A DNA stretch of 64,000 nucleotides from Thermodesulfobacteriota bacterium (GTDB lineage: Bacteria > Desulfobacterota_D > UBA1144 > Nemesobacterales > UBA2774), in assembly GCA_965223335.1 (NCBI GenBank), contig OZ244991.1, forward strand, positions 864,001-928,000, written 5' to 3'. The notes under the pieces are model-generated. The model searched no databases. It was given only the letters and a program-made list of their open reading frames with translations, and had not been told where the DNA came from. The position numbers and the translations under genes were made by a program. Shown in pieces: positions 28,523 to 37,906 of the stretch. How positions within the stretch are numbered: the stretch's first letter is position 1; the number at the start of each line of letters is the position of its first letter.

Positions 28523-28762
28523 ATGTCTAGAAAATGTATGATAACAGGTAAAGCCCCGCTGGTCGGCAACCACGTGTCTCACGCTAACAACAAGGTGAAA
28601 CGCCGCCAGAACCCAAACCTCCAGTGGAAAAGGATCTATGTCCCTGAGCTAGACAGAACCGTAAGGATACGCATCTCTACAAGAGCGCTTAGAACCATCA
28701 ACAAAAAAGGGCTCTTACCATTCCTAAAAGACAACGGTCTCACACTAAAAGACATCTCCTGA
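28523..28762 (+). CDS. rpmB: 50S ribosomal protein L28
   Basis: MSRKCMITGK, GNHVSHANN, PNLQ; SD ggagg; start reset to 28523. Confidence 0.96.
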   Translation: MSRKCMITGKAPLVGNHVSHANNKVKRRQNPNLQWKRIYVPELDRTVRIRISTRALRTINKKGLLPFLKDNGLTLKDIS

Positions 28763-28831
28763 TATTAAATTAATTACTTTAAAACCGCCCACTCAACAGT
28801 ATAGTATAAATAGGCAGTACAAAGGAGTAAT

Positions 28832-29257
28832 GTGCAGATGAACAAAGCTGTATACGCATTATTCAAGTCTATTCTTATATCCAAGGCCAAGGACGTGGTT
28901 AAGGATAAAACCAGGCTAAATAATGTAATAAACGAGTCTAAAGCAAAGGCTGCGGAGTCCGAAGACACTATGAAATCGGTCAAATCCGACCTATCCACGC
29001 TTTTAGATATGCTTAGATCATGGTCGAGGGGTGAGTACAAAGTAACCCCGTGGAGAACTTTGGTACTCAGCACAGGGGCTCTGATCTATTTTATTAATCC
29101 ACTCGACGCCATCCCCGATGTTCTACCGCTGGCAGGGCTATTAGACGATGTAACGGTTATAGGTTTTGTTATAGCGTTCATCAAAAAAGATATCGACAGC
29201 TTCAAATCCTGGTGCTCCGATATCAATGAAACCACCAATCTCCCCCAGATTTCTTAA
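28832..29257 (+). CDS. YkvA/DUF1232 family protein
   Basis: YFINPLDAIPD, GLLDD; start 28832 or 28838. Confidence 0.88.
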   Translation: MQMNKAVYALFKSILISKAKDVVKDKTRLNNVINESKAKAAESEDTMKSVKSDLSTLLDMLRSWSRGEYKVTPWRTLVLSTGALIYFINPLDAIPDVLPLAGLLDDVTVIGFVIAFIKKDIDSFKSWCSDINETTNLPQIS

Positions 29258-29451
29258 ATGTTCCAAGTAGGTGACACCTACTGATTCCCGGCATAAAACT
29301 CAATATTGATACAAAAAGACGACAATTTCTGTCGTTGTAATTGTGTTAACAGACATATTTATTCCTTATTCATATCTTTTATGCCAAGTTAAACATAATA
29401 ATATCTAATTATTGCAGGTCATTACACACTTATCCATACTTCAAAGACCTT

Positions 29452-29467
29452 TGGCAAGATAAATGCA
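29452..29467 (+). promoter_or_regulatory. Candidate sigma54 (-24/-12) promoter
   Basis: TGGCAAGATAAATGCA fits TGGCAC-N5-TTGCW with GG-N10-GC spacing. Confidence 0.5.
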
Positions 29468-29481
29468 TAGTTAATTATATT

Positions 29482-30153
29482 ATGAATTTTGCACATCGCA
29501 CATTTTGTGCACTATTTTTAAGCATATTTGTTGTGTGCTTACCTACCGTAATGGTTAATGAAACCCTCTCTGCTGAACTAATCGACAAAGAGAAAATCAC
29601 AAATTTATTGGTCAAAGGAAACATAGATGAGATACGCAGCATAGGGCCATCTGCAATAGATGTATTAGTGCAGTTATATCGGGAATCGGATAAAGATACT
29701 AGGGTGATAATTGCAAATGCTTTTTATAAATTAGGGGTAAATTCTCCCGAAGCAAAAAAAGCACTTCTGCAAGATATCTATACAACCGACAAGAGGCTGC
29801 GTATAACGGTTCAATATGCTCTCGGCAGAGTGAGTAACGATGATGAAGTGGTTGAGGTATTGCTGGATAACATGCGGAACGATCCAAGCCCTCTATTCCG
29901 TGATAAAGCAGCCTGTGCGCTGGCATATGACCAAATACACCTAACCGATATACAAAAGATTAAACTGTACGAAGGACTCATACACGCACTCGACGACCCA
30001 AACCCCCAGGTCCGTCATATATCTATTACAGCTCTAGAAATCCACACAGGCCAACGTAAAGGCTATAACCCCAATGACGATCTTATTGAAAGAACAGAAG
30101 AAGTAAGATTATGGAAACAATGGCTCGAAAAATACAAATCCAACATCTACTAA
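29482..30153 (+). CDS. Exported HEAT-repeat protein
   Basis: N-terminal hydrophobic segment; repeats such as LRITVQYALG, FRDKAACALA, DDPNPQVRHISITAL. Confidence 0.7.
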   Translation: MNFAHRTFCALFLSIFVVCLPTVMVNETLSAELIDKEKITNLLVKGNIDEIRSIGPSAIDVLVQLYRESDKDTRVIIANAFYKLGVNSPEAKKALLQDIYTTDKRLRITVQYALGRVSNDDEVVEVLLDNMRNDPSPLFRDKAACALAYDQIHLTDIQKIKLYEGLIHALDDPNPQVRHISITALEIHTGQRKGYNPNDDLIERTEEVRLWKQWLEKYKSNIY

Positions 30154-31841
30154 TATATGCATTATTACTCGTCCTAGTTCCTGCTTCAGAGACGATCGGC
30201 TTGGAGCAGTCCAATATATTGGTCAGCTATAGTTTCGATGACGATAATGTTGCCACAGGCCCAGACACCTTCATGGTTTTTGAACGAGGCAAAGGCAATG
30301 TCAGCCTCACAGATCACTTCAGATTCAGCGGTTTTAACTCCATACAGATAAAAGATGTTAAACGCGATTACGATTTCCCTGAGCTTCAAGGTTACTTCAA
30401 AACTATTAAAACCGGCATCATATATGCCCACTTTGCCATACTCGTTACCAATCCAACAGAGGAGTTGAACATCGCACTTGCCGGACCCTCATGGTTTAGA
30501 TTGAAGAAACACGGAATAGCCTTTTGGCTTCTGACTAAAAAGAGTTACCTACACCACGTGTCCGACAGTATCCCAAAGAAGCTCTTTAAAGTGGAACCAT
30601 TTGTATGGTACGTAGTGGACATTACTTACTATGTGGACGAAGGGCTCTATGACCTCACCATACATAAAGAAAACACCCAAAACCCGATAGTGGTTCTTGA
30701 GGATCAAGAAAACTCCCCAAATAAACCCAAATCACATATAGATAAGTTTTCATTTATAGGAGACAGGGGAACCGACACTTCAAACGTAGCATATTATGTT
30801 GACGACATTGTTATCGGGACAGACAAAGAAATCCCTAAGCTCCCACATATAGCTCCGGGTAGAAAAAAACTTTTTGTCGACCAATATGACGAGATTCAAT
30901 ATAAAGCACGCCAAGAACCTGGCTGTCTCCCTGTTACTCAACTTCTTGACTTGGGTATCACTACCTTTGATATAATCTCACTCAAAAGCGATAAAAAATA
31001 TAATCTCCTGTCAGACCTATTAAAAGACAACTTTAGCTCCCACAAAATTAAAGCAGACATACAAAAAACATCCGGAAAGAACAAAAAGTTATTAACAGCT
31101 GTCTATAATTGGCGAAGCGGTTGTCGCGACCTCTCAGCTGGAAAGGCTAATAGAGCTTACAAAAAATTCCAAATGTCGTTGGATGAGTTTCCAAAGGGCA
31201 GAATCTACTCTTTATCACGCATATTGGCCCTAGCAGATTTAGAAAGATGGGAGGAGGTTGATGAAAATCTAGGATACATCTATCCGGACTGGCAGGGGGA
31301 CCCACGCTATGCCATAGCTCAAGCGTTGATCGGAATAAAGAGGGGAGATCTTGGGCGCGCCCAAGATTACCTAAAAGAACCGGCAGAACTGATTCCCGAT
31401 GAATTCGGCGATGAGCTATCAAACTCACTGATACTCAGATTATGGGACGGAGAGCTTGATAGAGATGTTATTAGAGCCTTGAAAAAATATGCCCCGAATG
31501 ACTGGTATAAATATCTGGAAAGCGCTTTAATAGCCGAGCAGCATTATTATGTGTTGCTATGGAATGGCCAATATGACGACGCGATGCTGTATGCCCAAAG
31601 AATTATAGACAGACTGGATTTAATAGCGGCACCAAAAACCAAGTGGCTTGAAAGAATGGGAGATGCAGCATTTTTTAATGAGGAATACAATACTGCTCTA
31701 TCTTATTATCAAACTAGTCTCGAAAAGCAACGTCATCCCTATCATGTACTACTAAAAATATCAGACACCTACTTTATGCTTAGGGACGAAAAAAATGAAC
31801 GGGAATACCGAGAAAAAATCTATGGGAGTTTAACAAATTGA
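30111..31841 (+). CDS. Exported protein with N-terminal beta-rich domain and C-terminal TPR-like repeats
   Basis: Signal peptide (start 30111 or 30120); YSFDD...YYVDDIVI beta-sandwich-like region; helical repeats such as ERMGDAAF..EEYNTALSYY. Confidence 0.55.
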   Translation: METMARKIQIQHLLIYALLLVLVPASETIGLEQSNILVSYSFDDDNVATGPDTFMVFERGKGNVSLTDHFRFSGFNSIQIKDVKRDYDFPELQGYFKTIKTGIIYAHFAILVTNPTEELNIALAGPSWFRLKKHGIAFWLLTKKSYLHHVSDSIPKKLFKVEPFVWYVVDITYYVDEGLYDLTIHKENTQNPIVVLEDQENSPNKPKSHIDKFSFIGDRGTDTSNVAYYVDDIVIGTDKEIPKLPHIAPGRKKLFVDQYDEIQYKARQEPGCLPVTQLLDLGITTFDIISLKSDKKYNLLSDLLKDNFSSHKIKADIQKTSGKNKKLLTAVYNWRSGCRDLSAGKANRAYKKFQMSLDEFPKGRIYSLSRILALADLERWEEVDENLGYIYPDWQGDPRYAIAQALIGIKRGDLGRAQDYLKEPAELIPDEFGDELSNSLILRLWDGELDRDVIRALKKYAPNDWYKYLESALIAEQHYYVLLWNGQYDDAMLYAQRIIDRLDLIAAPKTKWLERMGDAAFFNEEYNTALSYYQTSLEKQRHPYHVLLKISDTYFMLRDEKNEREYREKIYGSLTN

Positions 31842-32413
31842 TCAAGAAACAGTGTTTACTTATCCTCCTGTTCATGTTACTTGGCCTAGACTCAATACCT
31901 GCACTTGCCTCTTCTATGACTGTGGAAGAGGCATATGAAGCTATACCACACCGCCAAACCACTTTTGACATCAACTACTCACTCATGAGCAGCAAAGAAG
32001 CAGAGTATCTGAATAAACTCTTCAAACTAGTCGATCTGGCAATAGTTGAGAGAGTTCAAACACTCTATTGGTTTCAAACCGATGGGAAACAGGGTAAAGA
32101 TTATATGCACTACCAAAGACAATTTTATAATATTATCAGCAATCTCAACTCCTTAGAAGTTCCTGAGAACCTGCAGGTTGTTCATAATTTAATCACACAA
32201 TCCATTGAGTCACAGAATAAATTTTTTAAAGATTGGAATAATACAATTAATTCCGGTGAAGAGTTCTTATTCGAAAGTGATCATCCGAGCATTATGAAAT
32301 CGCACCAAGAACTGATTGAAGCATACAATGCTTTGATGACCATGTATCCAAATGAAAACACACAGATCAAGCAAGCATTTTACGACCATCTGTGCGTTTT
32401 AGATTTCAAATAG
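31838..32413 (+). CDS. Exported hypothetical alpha-helical protein
   Basis: TTGA overlap with previous stop; signal peptide ending ALA; long ORF. Confidence 0.6.
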   Translation: MIKKQCLLILLFMLLGLDSIPALASSMTVEEAYEAIPHRQTTFDINYSLMSSKEAEYLNKLFKLVDLAIVERVQTLYWFQTDGKQGKDYMHYQRQFYNIISNLNSLEVPENLQVVHNLITQSIESQNKFFKDWNNTINSGEEFLFESDHPSIMKSHQELIEAYNALMTMYPNENTQIKQAFYDHLCVLDFK

Positions 32414-32491
32414 TTGAGTTCAGTGGGTGTGAAGTGATTGGATATTCATTGTTACTACACATCATACAGTAGTCACTGTATCACACACAAC

Positions 32492-34447
32492 CTACCCCTC
32501 AAGGTGTTCGTATTGGTTTTTAAGGCTTTTCACCACTGTGGGGTCAGCCAGTGTGGTGGTGTCGCCGACCACACTGCCCTCTGCGATATTTCTAAGCAAC
32601 CGCCTCATGATCTTGCCGCTTCTGGTCTTGGGTAGCTCCGCTGTATATATAATTTGGTCGGGTCTTGCAATGGCACCGATTTTCTTAGCGACGTGCTGTT
32701 TTAGATCCCGTGTCAGTTTCATACTCGATCTTCTATCCTCTCTAAGCGTGGTAAATGCTACAATTGACTGCCCTTTTATCTCGTCTTTTTTGCCCACCAC
32801 AGCCGACTCCACTACCAGAGGGTGATCCACAAGCGCACTCTCCACCTCCATTGTGCTTATCCTGTGCCCCGCTACGTTCATCACATCGTCCACCCTGCCT
32901 AGCACCCATATATAGCCGTCACTATCCCTTTTGGCCCCGTCCCCGGTGAAATAGATGTTCTTATAGATGCTCCAGTACTGCTCCACATACCTCTTCGAGT
33001 CCCCATATATGTTTCTCAGCATCGAAGGCCATGGTTTTGTGATTACCAGGTAGCCTGCACCCACCTTGATCGACTTGCCCTTCTCATCCACCACGTCAAC
33101 TTCTACCCCCGGGAACGCTTTTGTAGCAGAGCCGGGTTTTAATTTTGTGATCCCCGGTAGAGGGGTAATCATTATAGAACCGGTCTCTGTCTGCCACCAC
33201 GTGTCTACGATGGGACAACTTCTATTGCCGATATTAACGTAGTACCACATCCAGGCCTCGGGATTTATGGGCTCGCCCACAGAGCCCAGCAACCTAAGCG
33301 AGCTCAGGTCATATTTATTGGGATAACCCTCGCCCCACCTCATAAACGCCCTTATAGCGGTGGGCGCTGTGTAGAATATCGTCACTCCGTACTTCTCCAC
33401 TATTGCCCAAAACCTTCCTATATCGGGGTAATCCGGTGCTCCCTCGTACATGAGACTGGTGGCCCCGTTTGCAAGAGGCCCGTATACAATGTAGCTATGC
33501 CCGGTGATCCAGCCGATATCCGCCGTGCACCAATAGGTATCTTCCTCTTTTAGATCAAACACCAACTTAGTTGTCGCCGTAGCCCCTACCAAATAACCGC
33601 CTGTAGTGTGGACGATCCCCTTGGGCTTTCCGGTCGTACCGCTCGTATAGAGGATAAAAAGCATGTCTTCGCTATCCATCCTGGCGGGTTCGCAGTAGGT
33701 CTTGGCCCCGTCCATAAGTTCGTGCCACCAATAATCCCTGTCCCTCTTCATCCTCACATTCACATCCGAACCCACGCGTTTTACGACCACTACTTTTTGG
33801 ATGGTTGGAGTGGTCTTAAGCGCTTGATCGGCATTCTTTTTTAAAGGCACAACCTTACCCCTACGATATCCGCCGTCAGATGTAATAAGTACCCGGGCTT
33901 TACAATCATTTATCCTGTCGCTAAGGCTCTCGGCGCTAAACCCCCCAAACACAATGCTGTGTGGGGCACCTATCCTCGCACACGCCAACATCGCAATGGC
34001 AAGCTCTGGGATCATGGGCAGATATATCGTGACCCTTGTTCCTTTCCTAACTCCTAATTTCTTTAATACGTTGGCAAATTTATTCACCTGCCGGTGTAGC
34101 TCCCAGTAGGTAAGCACTACACTCTCTCCGTCCTCTCCCTCCCATATGATTGCGGCCTTGTTTTTACGAGCAGTGTCCAGGTGTCTGTCGAGGCAGTTAT
34201 ACGATACGTTTAACTGCCCACCGATAAACCATTTAGCATGGGGCGGTTTCCAGCTAAGCACCTTTTTCCATTTTTGGAACCAATCCAGCTCCTTAGCAAA
34301 ACCCTCCCAAAATTTTTCAGGGTTCCTTTTTGCTTTTTTGTATATCGACTTATTATTGATATTTGCCTGCTTAGTAAATTTCTTGCTAGGCTCAAACTTA
34401 CGCCCCTCGCTCAACAGGTCCTCTATTGTCTTGTCTATATTGGCCAT
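32492..34447 (-). CDS. acs: Acetyl-CoA synthetase
   Basis: [38 protein letters not shown]. Confidence 0.97.
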   Translation of the reverse strand: MANIDKTIEDLLSEGRKFEPSKKFTKQANINNKSIYKKAKRNPEKFWEGFAKELDWFQKWKKVLSWKPPHAKWFIGGQLNVSYNCLDRHLDTARKNKAAIIWEGEDGESVVLTYWELHRQVNKFANVLKKLGVRKGTRVTIYLPMIPELAIAMLACARIGAPHSIVFGGFSAESLSDRINDCKARVLITSDGGYRRGKVVPLKKNADQALKTTPTIQKVVVVKRVGSDVNVRMKRDRDYWWHELMDGAKTYCEPARMDSEDMLFILYTSGTTGKPKGIVHTTGGYLVGATATTKLVFDLKEEDTYWCTADIGWITGHSYIVYGPLANGATSLMYEGAPDYPDIGRFWAIVEKYGVTIFYTAPTAIRAFMRWGEGYPNKYDLSSLRLLGSVGEPINPEAWMWYYVNIGNRSCPIVDTWWQTETGSIMITPLPGITKLKPGSATKAFPGVEVDVVDEKGKSIKVGAGYLVITKPWPSMLRNIYGDSKRYVEQYWSIYKNIYFTGDGAKRDSDGYIWVLGRVDDVMNVAGHRISTMEVESALVDHPLVVESAVVGKKDEIKGQSIVAFTTLREDRRSSMKLTRDLKQHVAKKIGAIARPDQIIYTAELPKTRSGKIMRRLLRNIAEGSVVGDTTTLADPTVVKSLKNQYEHLEG

Positions 34448-34567
34448 GTGTACCCCCGGGAATGATATTAACTTTAGTTGTAAAGGCTATAGTAACAAAA
34501 TTTATATTTGTTTTGAAGCTACGCTGCTATACGAAAATCAATGCAGCAACTCTATTGGAAGTTGGTG

Positions 34568-36283
34568 TTAATCAAAAAACGGGGGCGGCAGTAAGGGATG
34601 TTTTTCTTTTTTGGACGATGTGCGCTGGAACTCCATCTCAGACACCAGAATGCTGGGAGCCACTGTAGACACAGGTACATAGCCCGACTCTGCTCCACAA
34701 AAACCGTTAAATATCCCATAGTCATCCCCTGTGGCCACAATCTTGTTAACGGACACAAGCGGGGTGCCTACAATCTCGATATCCCTTACCGGTGTCTCCT
34801 CTCCCGTGTCGGGATCGACCTTGTATATGACAATGGGTGTGGCCCTAAAAGCCTGAAAATTATACGACGAGGTGTTTGTTTCTCCACCCCTCATCTTCTT
34901 GATGATCAGTCCAAAGGGTTTGTTTTGTTTTTTCACCTCTTCTAGTAGGAGCTTTTTGAGCTCTTGTTTGGAGTACTGATTATCCGACTCGATAATTGTG
35001 TTGCTCATCCTCGCCATGGGGGCACGCCCGTAAGACGAGCGGCCGTGACCGTTCGATTTATCAAACCCGTTTACTGGAGTCCTCGACATCAAAAAGTTTT
35101 TTAGCACCCCGTTTTCTATAAGCACCACCCTCTGCCCGGGCACACCCTGATCATCAAAGGGATACATACCCATAAGATGCGTGCCGTTATAGCTGCCTAA
35201 TGTCGGGTCGTCTATCATCGAGAGAAATTCAGGGATTATTTTCTTGCCCACCTTCTCTTTAAAGGTCTGCCCCTCGTTGTCATCTATCTGGCGCTCACCC
35301 TCGAGCCTGTGTCCAAGCGCCTCATGAAACACCACACCCGCTGCCTCGGGCTCAAGCAACACTGGCACAGTAAGGGGCTGGAGCGGGGCCGCATTGCTCA
35401 TTGCTATAGTTTCATCCATCATCTCCCGCAGTTCTTTTTTAATATTCTCAGGGGTGGGAATCTCGTCGTTACTCACAAAATACATACTCCTTGTGTTCGT
35501 GATAGTTTTTCCGTCTTTGGTCCTGGCCACAGCCTCCGCATCTATCGAGTAGAGTATCTCGTCCCGTATGTAACGGCTCCCCTCCGAGTTTACAAAATAC
35601 ACGGTCTCCTTTTGCGCCGTGATGGTAACACTCGAGTCCAATAGCTCCTTATATTCCTTGTAGACCGACGATATATCTCTAATATTCTCTTCCCACTTCT
35701 TTTCATTGAACTCTAGACCCAGCTGCGGGCCGTAATACACATGGGTCTTTTCTTTGGTAAAACTCGGGATCTCTTCGACCTTAACCTCCTGCACACTATC
35801 GGCCTTCTTGTTGAAATACTGTTTTAACGCCTCTTTGTAGGTGTAGTCCGTCACCTGCCATAGCACGGTTTTGATTGCGTCGGGATCGTTATCGATCGGG
35901 ATGTACGACGCGTCGTGGAAGGGAAACTTCCCCCCTGACCTCCCACGTATGGAATTATCAAACTCATAGTCCCCAACCCTTACATCCACAAACAACCTTC
36001 TGGTACGGTTCTTGTCGGAAGATAGAATCGCCCCGTATTTCCCATGAATTATCGTGTACTCGTTGTCCTTTATCTGGTAGCTGATGTAGTAGAGCGGGTC
36101 GTAATCACCAAGTTTAAGCTTGTTTTGCGAACGCTTTAGCTCCTGTTCCATGGCGGTCAACACAACCGTATCAGACCTCACTTGGTCGGCCCTGGAAATA
36201 TTGCTCAGCAAAGCAGACACGATGAACAAACTCGCAGCAAGCAAACAAATTTTATAAACTCGGAACATCCCTATATATCTCAT
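34568..36283 (-). CDS. TldD/PmbA family metalloprotease with signal peptide (start 36283 or 36268)
   Basis: FHEALGHRLEG, FDDQG, NGHGR, RMSN, GFCG; hydrophobic N terminus ending SRA. Confidence 0.85.
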   Translation of the reverse strand: MRYIGMFRVYKICLLAASLFIVSALLSNISRADQVRSDTVVLTAMEQELKRSQNKLKLGDYDPLYYISYQIKDNEYTIIHGKYGAILSSDKNRTRRLFVDVRVGDYEFDNSIRGRSGGKFPFHDASYIPIDNDPDAIKTVLWQVTDYTYKEALKQYFNKKADSVQEVKVEEIPSFTKEKTHVYYGPQLGLEFNEKKWEENIRDISSVYKEYKELLDSSVTITAQKETVYFVNSEGSRYIRDEILYSIDAEAVARTKDGKTITNTRSMYFVSNDEIPTPENIKKELREMMDETIAMSNAAPLQPLTVPVLLEPEAAGVVFHEALGHRLEGERQIDDNEGQTFKEKVGKKIIPEFLSMIDDPTLGSYNGTHLMGMYPFDDQGVPGQRVVLIENGVLKNFLMSRTPVNGFDKSNGHGRSSYGRAPMARMSNTIIESDNQYSKQELKKLLLEEVKKQNKPFGLIIKKMRGGETNTSSYNFQAFRATPIVIYKVDPDTGEETPVRDIEIVGTPLVSVNKIVATGDDYGIFNGFCGAESGYVPVSTVAPSILVSEMEFQRTSSKKEKHPLLPPPFFD

Positions 36284-36336
36284 ATGATTTACCCGGGGCA
36301 ATTCGAAATATATCTATATTAAGTCTAACCACTAAC

Positions 36337-37041
36337 TCAGAGATTGGGGATAATTTTCATCAAATTGAGAAAAAGACTATCTGATGCCCTCTTTCGATCG
36401 AAGTTATGAAATTTTATAAACGACCACAAGTACTTCGGATTTTTAGTAAAATATATCAGTGCTTTTCGGCTATCCACCCTCCCGTTCTCCCCATAGAGTG
36501 CACCCATGTCTGGCAGACTTTGCGAGGCCATGTCAGACACAGACCTTATACATGCCACATGTGTAGTGCTTTGTATTGCAGCCTCCACCACACCCCATGT
36601 CTCCATATCCACACATAGCGCATTTGTCATTTTGTAGAGCCTTTGTTTGTCCTCTTTTTGATCAATAAACCTGTTCTCTGTTAGTATCGCCCCCTTCGCA
36701 CAGCTAATAGACTCAATGTCATGGTAAAGGTCATATTGATTCTCTTTTATTACACTAATCGCTTTAGTCCCGATAAACATATCCCCAACGCGCATATCTT
36801 CCACCAGCGCACCGCAATGACCTGTGGATACTATCAAAGAAGGTTTATGCTTCTGGATAAGTAGGCTAGCTGCTTTCCTTGCCCGCTTAATACCCACACC
36901 CGATTTACAAATTGCCACTTCCTTATTTAATAACTGTCCCATTAACAGTTCAGCTCCCCCCAGATCATTATGATTGGGGTTACTAATCCGGTCCCTAAGC
37001 CCCCAGACCTCTTCCCATGTAGCAGTGATAAGTGCGATCAA
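36337..37041 (-). CDS. Nucleoside phosphorylase/MTA-SAH nucleosidase-like protein
   Basis: SGVG, STGHCGAL, VDMET, RSVSD. Confidence 0.75.
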   Translation of the reverse strand: MIALITATWEEVWGLRDRISNPNHNDLGGAELLMGQLLNKEVAICKSGVGIKRARKAASLLIQKHKPSLIVSTGHCGALVEDMRVGDMFIGTKAISVIKENQYDLYHDIESISCAKGAILTENRFIDQKEDKQRLYKMTNALCVDMETWGVVEAAIQSTTHVACIRSVSDMASQSLPDMGALYGENGRVDSRKALIYFTKNPKYLWSFIKFHNFDRKRASDSLFLNLMKIIPNL

Positions 37042-37058
37042 GACTGTGATCTCCAGTG

Positions 37059-37880
37059 TTAAGGCAGAGCTTTAGTCGAACGAGAGAGAAACAGGAACAC
37101 TATGACAAGTGACAGTACAACTCGGTACACAACAAACGCTGTGTAGCTCTCACGTCTTACGAATCGAAGCAGGTATTTCATAGCCAGAAAAGCAAAAATC
37201 GCCGATGTCAAAACCCCGACTATAAATGGCGTGCTGGTTACCATGCTTACATCGATCTTCCTCGCTTCGTACACAGCTGCACCCGCTATTAGAGGTGCGC
37301 CTAGCAAAAATGAAAATTTCGCAGCCTCATCCCGCTTAAACCCCCTAAACAGCCCACCCGTGATAGTTATACCCGACCTCGATACCCCGGGTATCACAGC
37401 TATGGCCTGTGCGGCCCCTATAATTAAGCAATCAACCAAATTCATCCCCATCACCGACCTCTCTCGCCGTGAGTACCTATCGGCTATAAAAAGCAGTATT
37501 CCAAAAAATGTAAGAGAGCCGGCTATGAACATAGGGTGGCGTAAGATGCCCGACGCGTGTTCCTCGAGCAACACACCTGAAATCGCACCGGGTACAGTGG
37601 CTATCAAAATGTATAGGCCGACTTGCCCCTGGGGCCTCCCGCTCATACTCCCCGAGAATACACCCTGCAAAAACTCTGTGATTATCTCGACCCAGTCCCG
37701 CCAGAAATACCCGATGATTGCAAACAAACTGCCCACATGGAGCGCGACATTAAAGGCAAGCCCTTCGTCTTTCCAACCCACTATCCAAGGGAGCAGGGCC
37801 AGGTGAGCAGTACTGCTTATAGGCAGGAATTCAGTTATACCCTGAAGAGCCCCAAGAATGATTGATTCCAATAAACTCAA
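37059..37880 (-). CDS. uppP: Undecaprenyl-diphosphatase
   Basis: QGITEFLPISSTAH, PGVSRSGIT, FSFLL. Confidence 0.96.
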   Translation of the reverse strand: MSLLESIILGALQGITEFLPISSTAHLALLPWIVGWKDEGLAFNVALHVGSLFAIIGYFWRDWVEIITEFLQGVFSGSMSGRPQGQVGLYILIATVPGAISGVLLEEHASGILRHPMFIAGSLTFFGILLFIADRYSRRERSVMGMNLVDCLIIGAAQAIAVIPGVSRSGITITGGLFRGFKRDEAAKFSFLLGAPLIAGAAVYEARKIDVSMVTSTPFIVGVLTSAIFAFLAMKYLLRFVRRESYTAFVVYRVVLSLVIVFLFLSRSTKALP

Positions 37881-37906
37881 TTAATATAAACACCTAAGTG
37901 TCGGCT

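Noticed and set aside
28523..28762. L28 as a Zur-regulated Zn-free paralog beside the metal locus
   Set aside because: Single-Cys L28 is the normal form in many bacteria, and no copy of the Fur-type palindrome lies upstream
32464..32481. Hairpin atacagt/actgtat between convergent genes
   Set aside because: AT-rich 7-bp stem without a U tract, too weak to call a terminator
36337..37041. Specific call as hpnG, mtnN or mqnB
   Set aside because: Only family-level motifs are visible and no hopanoid or futalosine genes are nearby
37231..37806. 191-aa plus-strand ORF and the many similar antisense ORFs in the track
   Set aside because: Lie opposite well-conserved genes (uppP, uvrA, clpA, degQ, hppA) and mirror their codon pattern
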